DNA from: Yuukianura sp. NJ FZ-2021
Taxonomy: Eukaryota
Assembly: GCA_046563655.1 (NCBI GenBank)
Contig: CM102286.1
Coordinates: 9,362,001-9,426,000 of the forward strand
Direction of reading: 5' to 3'
Length of the DNA: 64,000 bases
The translations under genes and the position numbers were made by a program. The notes beneath the pieces were generated by a model. That model was given only the letters and a program-made list of their open reading frames with translations, made no database searches and was not told where the DNA came from. Positions 1-12,100 of this stretch are shown here, piece by piece. How positions within the stretch are numbered: the first letter of the stretch is position 1; the number at the start of each line of letters is the position of its first letter.

Positions 1-168
1 ATTTTAGATAAACTTATGATCGGGACGATCATTAGCTTTTAGGTAGGTGTGTTAGGGTAGTGGTAACCATTATGACGCAATGTCAATGTAGGTCAGAATA
101 CTGGTATAAATAAAAGCTTCCGAGGGTAATACCCTCGGCATTCTTGAGCCCCAAAACCATCCGTAACA
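1..168 (+). mobile_element. 3' (U5) end of an LTR (3' LTR or solo LTR) abutting the satellite; begins before the window
   Basis: Non-satellite sequence ends in ...CCGTAACA at 168, a canonical LTR terminus. The satellite starts mid-monomer at 169 (GTACTTC). AATAAA at 109-114. The terminal ~55 bp resemble the U5 end of the LTR at 61247-61862. Confidence 0.65.
120..138. repeat. Perfect inverted repeat CCGAGGGTA-A-TACCCTCGG
   Basis: 9-bp arms read directly from the sequence, just downstream of AATAAA. Confidence 0.9.
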
Positions 169-3100
169 GTACTTCAATATCGGACGTAGATGAAAAAGTT
201 CAAACAGAAATAGTTGCTCTCAAAACGATGTGATAATTTTTGTTAAATGTGAGGGGGTTGTGGATTGGGATGAAGCTTGAAGGATAGTCCATAAAATATT
301 TAAAAGGTTAGTGAGAAATTTAACTTTTAATTATTTTTTCTTGTAATTACCAACGACCTTTGCATCAAGACCGGCTTTGAATTTAAAAATCAAACACAAG
401 TTTTTGCTCTGAAATAAATAGTTTCTTCAGCTGACGCTACAGGGGGTGGCGAATTGCGATGAAGCTTGGCAATTTAGAAGAATTTTTATCGTAATTAGCA
501 ACGGGTACTTCAATATCGGACGTAGATGAAAAAGTTCAAACAGAAATAGTTGCTCTCAAAACGATGTGATAATTTTTGTTAAATGTGAGGGGGTTGTGGA
601 TTGGGATGAAGCTTGAAGGATAGTCCATAAAATATTTAAAAGGTTAGTGAGAAATTTCAGTTTTAATTATTTTTTCTTGTAATTACCAACGACCTTTGCA
701 TCAAGACCGGCTTGGAATTTAAAAATCACACACAAGTTTTTGCTCTGAAATAAATAGTTTCTTCCGCTGACGCTACAGGGGGTGGCGAATTGCGATGAAG
801 CTTGGCAATTTAGAAGAATTTTTATCGTAATTAGCAACGGGTACTTCAATATCGGACGTAGATGAAAAAGTTCAAACAGAAATAGTTGCTCTCAAAACGA
901 TGTGATAATTTTTGTTAAATGTGAGGGGGTTGTGGATTGGGATAAAGCTTGAAGGATAGTCCATAAAATATTTAAAAGGTTAGTGAGAAATTTCAGTTTT
1001 AATTATTTTTTCTTGTAATTACCAACGACCTTTGCATCAAGACCGGCTTGGAATTTAAAAATCAAACACAAGTTTTTGCTCTGAAATAAATAGTTTCTTC
1101 AGCTGACGCTACAGGGGTGGTGCATTTCGATGAAGCTTGGTAATTTAGAAAAATTTTATCGTAATTAGCAACGGATTCTTCAATACCAGACATAGATCAA
1201 AAATTTTCAACAGAAATAGTTGCTCTCAAAACGATGTGATAATTTTTGTTAAATGTGAGGGGGTTGTGGATTGGGATGAAGCTTGAAGGACAGTCCATAA
1301 AATATTTAAAAGGTTAGTGAGAAATTTAACTTTTAATTATTTTTTTCTTGTAATTACCAACGACCTTTGCATCAAGACCGGCTTTGAATTTAAAAATCAA
1401 ACACAAGTTTTTGCTCTGAAATAAATAGTTTCTTCAGCTGACGCTACAGGGGGTGGCGAATTGCGATGAAGCTTGGCAATTTAGAAGAATTTTTATCGTA
1501 ATTAGCAACGGGTACTTCAATATCGGACGTAGATGAAAAAGTTCAAACAGAAATAGTTGCTCTCAAAACGATGTGATAATTTTTGTTAAATGTGAGGGGG
1601 TTGTGGATTGGGATGAAGCTTGAAGGATAGTCCATAAAATATTTAAAAGGTTAGTGAGAAATTTCAGTTTTAATTATTTTTTCTTGTAATTACCAACGAC
1701 CTTTGCATCAAGACCGGCTTTGAATTTAAAAATCAAACACAAGTTTTTGCTCTGAAATAAATAGTTTCTTCAGCTGACGCTACAGGGGGTGGCGAATTGC
1801 GATGAAGCTTGGCAATTTAGAAGAATTTTTATCGTAATTAGCAACGGGTACTTCAATATCGGACGTAGATGAAAAAGTTCAAACAGAAATAGTTGCTCTC
1901 AAAACGATGTGATAATTTTTGTTAAATGTGAGGGGGTTGTGGATTGGGATGAAGCTTGAAGGATAGTCCATAAAATATTTAAAAGGTTAGTGAGAAATTT
2001 CAGTTTTAATTATTTTTTCTTGTAATTACCAACGACCTTTGCATCAAGACCGGCTTGGAATTTAAAAATCAAACACAAGTTTTTGCTCTGAAATAAATAG
2101 TTTCTTCAGCTGACGCTACAGGGGGTGGTGCATTTCGATGAAGCTTGGTAATTTAGAAAAAATTTTATCGTAATTAGCAACGGATTCTTCAATACCAGAC
2201 ATAGATCAAAAATTTTCAACAGAAATAGTTGCTCTCAAAACGATGTGATAATTTTTGTTAAATGTGAGGGGGTTGTGGATTGGGATGAAGCTTGAAGGAC
2301 AGTCCATAAAATATTTAAAAGGTTAGTGAGAAATTTAACTTTTAATTATTTTTTCTTGTAATTACCAACGACCTTTGCATCAAGACCGGCTTTGAATTTA
2401 AAAATCAAACACAAGTTTTTGCTCTGAAATAAATAGTTTCTTCAGCTGACGCTACAGGGGGTGGCGAATTGCGATGAAGCTTGGCAATTTAGAAGAATTT
2501 TTATCGTAATTAGCAACGGGTACTTCAATATCGGACGTAGATGAAAAAGTTCAAACAGAAATAGTTGCTCTCAAAACGATGTGATAATTTTTGTTAAATG
2601 TGAGGGGGTTGTGGATTGGGATAAAGCTTGAAAGATAGTCCATAAAATATTTAAAAGGTTAGTGAGAAATTTCAGTTTTAATTATTTTTTCTTGTAATTA
2701 CCAACGACCTTTGCATCAAGACCGGCTTGGAATTTAAAAATCAAACACAAGTTTTTGCTCTGAAATAAATAGTTTCTTCAGCTGACGCTACAGGGGGTGG
2801 TGCATTTCGATGAAGCTTGGTAATTTAGAAAAATTTTTATCGTAATTAGCAACGGATTCTTCAATACCAGACATAGATCAAAAATTTTCAACAGAAATAG
2901 TTGCTCTCCAAACGATGTGATAATTTTTGTTAAATGTGAGGGGGTTGTGGATTGGGATGAAGCTTGAAGGATAGTCCATAAAATATTTAAAAGGTTAGTG
3001 AGAAATTTCAGTTTTAATTATTTTTTCTTGTAATTACCAACGACCTTTGCATCAAGACCGGCTTGGAATTTAAAAATCAAACACAAGTTTTTGCTCTGAA

Positions 3101-6100
3101 ATAAATAGTTTCTTCAGCTGACGCTACAGGGGATGGTGCATTTCGATGAAGCTTGGTAATTTAGAAAAATTTTTATCGTAATTAGCAACGGATTCTTCAA
3201 TACCAGACATAGATCAAAAATTTTCAACAGAAATAGTTGCTCTCAAAACGATGTGATAATTTTTGTTAAATGTGAGGGGGTTGTGGATTGGGATGAAGCT
3301 TGAAGGATAGTCCATAAAATATTTAAAAGGTTAGTGAGAAATTTCAGTTTTAATTATTTTTTCTTGTAATTACCAACGACCTTTGCATCAAGACCGGCTT
3401 GGAATTTAAAAATCACACACAAGTTTTTGCTCTGAAATAAAAAGTTTCTTCAGCTGACGCTACAGGGGTGGTGCATTTCGATGAAGCTTGGTAATTTAGA
3501 AAAATTTTTATCGTAATTAGCAACGGGTACTTCAATATCGGCCGTAGATGAAAAAGTTCAAACAGAAATAGTTGCTCTCAAAACGATGTGATAATTTTTG
3601 TTAAATGTGAGGGGGTTGTGGATTGGGATAAAGCTTGAAGGATAGTCCATAAAATATTTAAAAGGTTAGTGAGAAATTTCAGTTTTAATTATTTTTTCTT
3701 GTAATTACCAACGACCTTTGCATCAAGACCGGCTTGGAATTTAAAAATCAAACACAAGTTTTTGCTCTGAAATAAATAGTTTCTTCAGCTGACGCTACAG
3801 GGGGTGGTGCATTTCGATGAAGCTTGGTAATTTAGAAAAAATTTTATCGTAATTAGCAACGGATTCTTCAATACCAGACATAGATCAAAAATTTTCAACA
3901 GAAATAGTTGCTCTCAAAACGATGTGATAATTTTTGTTAAATGTGAGGGGGTTGTGGATTGGGATGAAGCTTGAAGGACAGTCCATAAAATATTTAAAAG
4001 GTTAGTGAGAAATTTAACTTTTAATTATTTTTTTCTTGTAATTACCAACGACCTTTGCATCAAGACCGGCTTTGAATTTAAAAATCAAACACAAGTTTTT
4101 GCTCTGAAATAAATAGTTTCTTCAGCTGACGCTACAGGGGGTGGCGAATTGCGATGAAGCTTGGCAATTTAGAAGAATTTTTATCGTAATTAGCAACGGG
4201 TACTTCAATATCGGACGTAGATGAAAAAGTTCAAACAGAAATAGTTGCTCTCAAAACGATGTGATAATTTTTGTTAAATGTGAGGGGGTTGTGGATTGGG
4301 ATGAAGCTTGAAGGATAGTCCATAAAATATTTAAAAGGTTAGTGAGAAATTTCAGTTTTAATTATTTTTTCTTGTAATTACCAACGACCTTTGCATCAAG
4401 ACCGGCTTTGAATTTAAAAATCAAACACAAGTTTTTGCTCTGAAATAAATAGTTTCTTCAGCTGACGCTACAGGGGGTGGCGAATTGCGATGAAGCTTGG
4501 CAATTTAGAAGAATTTTTATCGTAATTAGCAACGGGTACTTCAATATCGGACGTAGATGAAAAAGTTCAAACAGAAATAGTTGCTCTCAAAACGATGTGA
4601 TAATTTTTGTTAAATGTGAGGGGGTTGTGGATTGGGATAAAGCTTGAAAGATAGTCCATAAAATATTTAAAAGGTTAGTGAGAAATTTCAGTTTTAATTA
4701 TTTTTTCTTGTAATTACCAACGACCTTTGCATCAAGACCGGCTTGGAATTTAAAAATCAAACACAAGTTTTTGCTCTGAAATAAATAGTTTCTTCAGCTG
4801 ACGCTACAGGGGTGGTGCATTTCGATGAAGCTTGGTAATTTAGAAAAATTTTTATCGTAATTAGCAACGGATTCTTCAATACCAGACATAGATCAAAAAT
4901 TTTCAACAGAAATAGTTGCTCTCCAAACGATGTGATAATTTTTGTTAAATGTGAGGGGTTGTGGATTGGGATGAAGCTTGAAGGATAGTCCATAAAATAT
5001 TTAAAAGGTTAGTGAGAAATTTCAGTTTTAATTATTTTTTCTTGTAATTACCAACGACCTTTGCATCAAGACCGGCTTGGAATTTAAAAATCACACACAA
5101 GTTTTTGCTCTGAAATAAATAGTTTCTTCCGCTGACGCTACAGGGGGTGGCGAATTGCGATGAAGCTTGGCAATTTAGAAGAATTTTTATCGTAATTAGC
5201 AACGGGTACTTCAATATCGGACGTAGATGAAAAAGTTCAAACAGAAATAGTTGCTCTCAAAACGATGTGATAATTTTTGTTAAATGTGAGGGGGTTGTGG
5301 ATTGGGATGAAGCTTGAAGGATAGTCCATAAAATATTTAAAAGGTTAGTGAGAAATTTCAGTTTTAATTATTTTTTCTTGTAATTACCAACGACCTTTGC
5401 ATCAAGACCGGCTTGGAATTTAAAAATCAAACACAAGTTTTTGCTCTGAAATAAATAGTTTCTTCAGCTGACGCTACAGGGGATGGTGCATTTCGATGAA
5501 GCTTGGTAATTTAGAAAAATTTTTATCGTAATTAGCAACGGATTCTTCAATACCAGACATAGATCAAAAATTTTCAACAGAAATAGTTGCTCTCAAAACG
5601 ATGTGATAATTTTTGTTAAATGTGAGGGTTGTGGATTGGGATGAAGCTTGAAGGATAGTCCATAAAATATTTAAAAGGTTAGTGAGAAATTTCAGTTTTA
5701 ATTATTTTTTCTTGTAATTACCAACGACCTTTGCATCAAGACCGGCTTGGAATTTAAAAATCACACACAAGTTTTTGCTCTGAAATAAAAAGTTTCTTCA
5801 GCTGACGCTACAGGGGTGGTGCATTTCGATGAAGCTTGGTAATTTAGAAAAATTTTTATCGTAATTAGCAACGGGTACTTCAATATCGGCCGTAGATGAA
5901 AAAGTTCAAACAGAAATAGTTGCTCTCAAAACGATGTGATAATTTTTGTTAAATGTGAGGGGGTTGTGGATTGGGATGAAGCTTGAAGGACAGTCCATAA
6001 AATATTTAAAAGGTTAGTGAGAAATTTAACTTTTAATTATTTTTTTCTTGTAATTACCAACGACCTTTGCATCAAGACCGGCTTTGAATTTAAAAATCAA

Positions 6101-9100
6101 ACACAAGTTTTTGCTCTGAAATAAATAGTTTCTTCAGCTGACGCTACAGGGGGTGGCGAATTGCGATGAAGCTTGGCAATTTAGAAGAATTTTTATCGTA
6201 ATTAGCAACGGGTACTTCAATATCGGACGTAGATGAAAAAGTTCAAACAGAAATAGTTGCTCTCAAAACGATGTGATAATTTTTGTTAAATGTGAGGGGG
6301 TTGTGGATTGGGATGAAGCTTGAAGGATAGTCCATAAAATATTTAAAAGGTTAGTGAGAAATTTCAGTTTTAATTATTTTTTCTTGTAATTACCAACGAC
6401 CTTTGCATCAAGACCGGCTTGGAATTTAAAAATCAAACACAAGTTTTTGCTCTGAAATAAATAGTTTCTTCAGCTGACGCTACAGGGGTGGTGCATTTCG
6501 ATGAAGCTTGGTAATTTAGAAAAATTTTTATCGTAATTAGCAACGGATTCTTCAATACCAGACATAGATCAAAAATTTTCAACAGAAATAGTTGCTCTCA
6601 AAACGATGTGATAATTTTTGTTAAATGTGAGGGGGTTGTGGATTGGGATGAAGCTTGAAGGATAGTCCATAAAATATTTAAAAGGTTAGTGAGAAATTTA
6701 ACTTTTAATTATTTTTTCTTGTAATTACCAACGACCTTTGCATCAAGACCGGCTTTGAATTTAAAAATCAAACACAAGTTTTTGCTCTGAAATAAATAGT
6801 TTCTTCAGCTGACGCTACAGGGGGTGGCGAATTGCGATGAAGCTTGGCAATTTAGAAGAATTTTTATCGTAATTAGCAACGGGTACTTCAATATCGGACG
6901 TAGATGAAAAAGTTCAAACAGAAATAGTTGCTCTCAAAACGATGTGATAATTTTTGTTAAATGTGAGGGGGTTGTGGATTGGGATGAAGCTTGAAGGATA
7001 GTCCATAAAATATTTAAAAGGTTAGTGAGAAATTTCAGTTTTAATTATTTTTTCTTGTAATTACCAACGACCTTTGCATCAAGACCGGCTTGGAATTTAA
7101 AAATCAAACACAAGTTTTTGCTCTGAAATAAATAGTTTCTTCAGCTGACGCTACAGGGGGTGGTGCATTTCGATGAAGCTTGGTAATTTAGAAAAATTTT
7201 TATCGTAATTAGCAACGGATTCTTCAATACCAGACATAGATCAAAAATTTTCAACAGAAATAGTTGCTCTCAAAACGATGTGATAATTTTTGTTAAATGT
7301 GAGGGGGTTGTGGATTGGGATGAAGCTTGAAGGATAGTCCATAAAATATTTAAAAGGTTAGTGAGAAATTTAAGTTTTAATTATTTTTTCTTGTAATTAC
7401 CAACGACCTTTGCATCAAGACCGGCTTGGAATTTAAAAATCAAACACAAGTTTTTGCTCTGAAATAAATAGTTTCTTCAGCTGACGCTACAGGGGTGGTG
7501 CATTTCGATGAAGCTTGGTAATTTAGAAAAATTTTTATCGTAATTAGCAACGGATTCTTCAATACCAGACATAGATTAAAAATTTTCAACAGAAATAGTT
7601 GCTCTCAAAACGATGTGATAATTTTTGTTAAATGTGAGGGGGTTGTGGATTGGGATGAAGCTTGAAGGATAGTCCATAAAATATTTAAAAGGTTAGTGAG
7701 AAATTTAAGTTTTAATTATTTTTTCTTGTAATTACCAACGACCTTTGCATCAAGACCGGCTTGGAATTTAAAAATCACACACAAGTTTTTGCTCTGAAAT
7801 AAAAAGTTTCTTCAGCTGACGCTACAGGGGGTGGTGCATTTCGATGAAGCTTGGTAATTTAGAAAAATTTTTATCGTAATTAGCAACGGATTCTTCAATA
7901 CCAGACATAGATTAAAAATTTTCAACAGAAATAGTTGCTCTCAAAACGATGTGATAATTTTTGTTAAATGTGAGGGGGTTGTGGATTGGGATGAAGCTTG
8001 AAGGATAGTCCATAAAATATTTAAAAGGTTAGTGAGAAATTTAAGTTTTAATTATTTTTTCTTGTAATTACCAACGACTTTTGCATCAAGACCGGCTTGG
8101 AATTTAAAAATCAAACACAAGTTTTTGCTCTGAAATAAAAAGTTTCTTCAGCTGACGCTACAGGGGGTGGTGCATTTCGATGAAGCTTGGTAACTTAGAA
8201 AAATTTTTATCGTAATTAGCAACGGATTCTTCAATACCAGACGGATCAAAAATTTTCAACAGAAATAGTTGCCCTCAAAACGATGTGATAATTTTTGTTA
8301 AATGTGAGGGGGTTGTGGATTGGGATGAAGCTTGAAGGATAGTCCATAAAATATTTAAAAGGTTAGTGAGAAATTTAAGTTTTAATTATTTTTTCTTGTA
8401 ATTAACAACGACCTTTGCATCAAGACCGGCTTGGAATTTAAAAATCAAACACAAGTTTTTGCTCTGAAATAAATAGTTTCTTCAGCTGACGTTACAGGGG
8501 TGGCGAATTGCGATGAAGCTTGGCAATTTAGAAGAATTTTTATCGTAATTAGCAACGGGTACTTCAATATCGGACGTAGATGAAATAGTTCAAACAGAAA
8601 TAGTTGCTCTCAAAACGATGTGATAATTTTTGTTAAATGTGAGGGGGTTGTGGATTGGGATGAAGGTTGAAGGATAGTCCATAAAATATTTAAAAGGTTA
8701 GTGAGAAATTTAACTTTTAATTATTTTTTTCTTGTAATTACCAACGACCTTTGCATCAAGACCGGCTTTGAATTTACAAATCAAACACAAGTTTTTGCTC
8801 TGAAATAAATAGTTTCTTCAGCTGATGCTACAGGGGTGGCGAATTGCGATGAAGCTTGGCAATTTAGAAGAATTTTTATCGTAATTAGCAACGGGTACTT
8901 CAATATCGGACGTAGATGAAAAAGTTCAAACAGAAATAGTTGCTCTCAAAACGATGTGATAATTTTTGTTAAATGTGAGGGGGTTGTGGATTGGGATGAA
9001 GCTTGAAGGATAGTCCATAAAATATTTAAAAGGTTAGTGAGAAATTTCAGTTTTAATTATTTTTTATTGTAATTACCAACGACCTTTGCATCAAGACCGG

Positions 9101-12100
9101 CTTGGAATTTAAAAATCAAACACAAGTTTTTGCTCTGAAATAAATAGTTTCTTCAGCTGACGCTACAGGGGTGGTGCATTTCGATGAAGCTTGGTAATTT
9201 AGAAAAATTTTTATCGTAATTAGCAACGGATTCTTCAATACCAGACATAGATCAAAAATTTTCAACAGAAATAGTTGCTCTCAAAACGATGTGATAATTT
9301 TTGTTAAATGTGAGGGGGTTGTGGATTGGGATGAAGCTTGAAGGATAGTCCATAAAATATTTAAAAGGTTAGTGAGAAATTTCAGTTTTAATTATTTTTT
9401 CTTGTAATTACCAACGACCTTTGCATCAAGACCGGCTTGGAATTTAAAAATCACACACAAGTTTTTGCTCTGAAATAAATAGTTTCTTCCGCTGACGCTA
9501 CAGTTGGTGGCGAATTGCGATGAAGCTTGGCAATTTAGAAGAATTTTTATCGTAATTAGCAACGGGTACTTCAATATCGGACGTAGATGAAAAAGTTCAA
9601 ACAGAAATAGTTGCTCTCAAAACGATGTGATAATTTTTGTTAAATGTGAGGGGGTTGTGGATTGGGATAAAGCTTGAAGGATAGTCCATAAAATATTTAA
9701 AAGGTTAGTGAGAAATTTCAGTTTTAATTATTTTTTCTTGTAATTACCAACGACCTTTGCATCAAGACCGGCTTGGAATTTAAAAATCACACACAAGTTT
9801 TTGCTCTGAAATAAATAGTTTCTTCCGCTGACGCTACAGTTGGTGGCGAATTGCGATGAAGCTTGGCAATTTAGAAGAATTTTTATCGTAATTAGCAACG
9901 GGTACTTCAATATCGGACGTAGATGAAAAAGTTCAAACAGAAATAGTTGCTCTCAAAACGATGTGATAATTTTTGTTAAATGTGAGGGGGTTGTGGATTG
10001 GGATAAAGCTTGAAGGATAGTCCATAAAATATTTAAAAGGTTAGTGAGAAATTTCAGTTTTAATTATTTTTTCTTGTAATTACCAACGACCTTTGCATCA
10101 AGACCGGCTTGGAATTTAAAAATCAAACACAAGTTTTTGCTCTGAAATAAATAGTTTCTTCAGCTGACGCTACAGGGGGTGGTGCATTTCGATGAAGCTT
10201 GGTAATTTAGAAAAATTTTTATCGTAATTAGCAAGGGATTCTTCAATACCAGACATAGATCAAAAATTTTCAACAGAAATAGTTGCTCTCAAAACGATGT
10301 GATAATTTTTGTTAAATGTGAGGGGTTGTGGATTGGGATGAAGCTTGAAGGACAGTCCATAAAATATTTAAAAGGTTAGTGAGAAATTTCAGTTTTAATT
10401 ATTTTTTCTTGTAATTACCAACGACCTTTGCATCAAGACCGGCTTGGAATTTAAAAATCACACACAAGTTTTTGCTCTGAAATAAATAGTTTCTTCCGCT
10501 GACGCTACAGGGGGTGGCGAATTGCGATGAAGCTTGGCAATTTAGAAGAATTTTTATCGTAATTAGCAACGGGTACTTCAATATCGGACGTAGATGAAAA
10601 AGTTCAAACAGAAATAGTTGCTCTCAAAACGATGTGATAATTTTTGTTAAATGTGAGGGGGTTGTGGATTGGGATGAAGCTTGAAGGATAGTCCATAAAA
10701 TATTTAAAAGGTTAGTGAGAAATTTCAGTTTTAATTATTTTTTTTTGTAATTACCAACGACCTTTGCATCAAGACCGGCTTGGAATTTAAAAATCAAACA
10801 CAAGTTTTTGCTCTGAAATAAATAGTTTCTTCCGCTGACGCTACAGGGGGTGGCGAATTGCGATGAAGCTTGGCAATTTAGAAGAATTTTTATCGTAATT
10901 AGCAACGGGTACTTCAATATCGGACGTAGATGAAAAAGTTCAAACAGAAATAGTTGCTCTCAAAACGATGTGATAATTTTTGTTAAATGTGAGGGGGTTG
11001 TGGATTGGGATAAAGCTTGAAGGATAGTCCATAAAATATTTAAAAGGTTAGTGAGAAATTTCAGTTTTAATTATTTTTTCTTGTAATTACCAACGACCTT
11101 TGCATCAAGACCGGCTTGGAATTTAAAAATCACACACAAGTTTTTGCTCTGAAATAAATAGTTTCTTCCGCTGACGCTACAGTTGGTGGCGAATTGCGAT
11201 GAAGCTTGGCAATTTAGAAGAATTTTTATCGTAATTAGCAACGGGTACTTCAATATCGGACGTAGATGAAAAAGTTCAAACAGAAATAGTTGCTCTCAAA
11301 ACGATGTGATAATTTTTGTTAAATGTGAGGGGGTTGTGGATTGGGATAAAGCTTGAAGGATAGTCCATAAAATATTTAAAAGGTTAGTGAGAAATTTCAG
11401 TTTTAATTATTTTTTCTTGTAATTACCAACGACCTTTGCATCAAGACCGGCTTGGAATTTAAAAATCAAACACAAGTTTTTGCTCTGAAATAAATAGTTT
11501 CTTCAGCTGACGCTACCGGGGGTGGTGCATTTCGATGAAGCTTGGTAATTTAGAAAAATTTTTATCGTAATTAGCAACGGATTCTTCAATACCAGACATA
11601 GATCAAAAATTTTCAACAGAAATAGTTGCTCTCAAAACGATGTGATAATTTTTGTTAAATGTGAGGGGGTTGTGGATTGGGATGAAGCTTGAAGGACAGT
11701 CCATAAAATATTTAAAAGGTTAGTGAGAAATTTCAGTTTTAATTATTTTTTCTTGTAATTACCAACGACCTTTGCATCAAGACCGGCTTGGAATTTAAAA
11801 ATCACACACAAGTTTTTGCTCTGAAATAAATAGTTTCTTCCGCTGACGCTACAGGGGGTGGCGAATTGCGATGAAGCTTGGCAATTTAGAAGAATTTTTA
11901 TCGTAATTAGCAACGGGTACTTCAATATCGGACGTAGATGAAAAAGTTCAAACAGAAATAGTTGCTCTCAAAACGATGTGATAATTTTTGTTAAATGTGA
12001 GGGGGTTGTGGATTGGGATGAAGCTTGAAGGATAGTCCATAAAATATTTAAAAGGTTAGTGAGAAATTTCAGTTTTAATTATTTTTTTTTGTAATTACCA

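Noticed and set aside
37..63. Telomere-like TTAGG/TTAGGG words (also at 61997-62050)
   Set aside because: Only one or two degenerate units at each site; not an array.
485..506. CENP-B-box-like ATCG...CGGG in A monomers
   Set aside because: The spacing is 10 nt rather than the 7 nt of TTCGnnnnAnnCGGG, and the first half mismatches.
1110..1130. TGGTGCATTT in B monomers matches the first 10 nt of the Gly-like PBS
   Set aside because: The match stops at 10 nt and is not next to an LTR end; it is best explained as chance.
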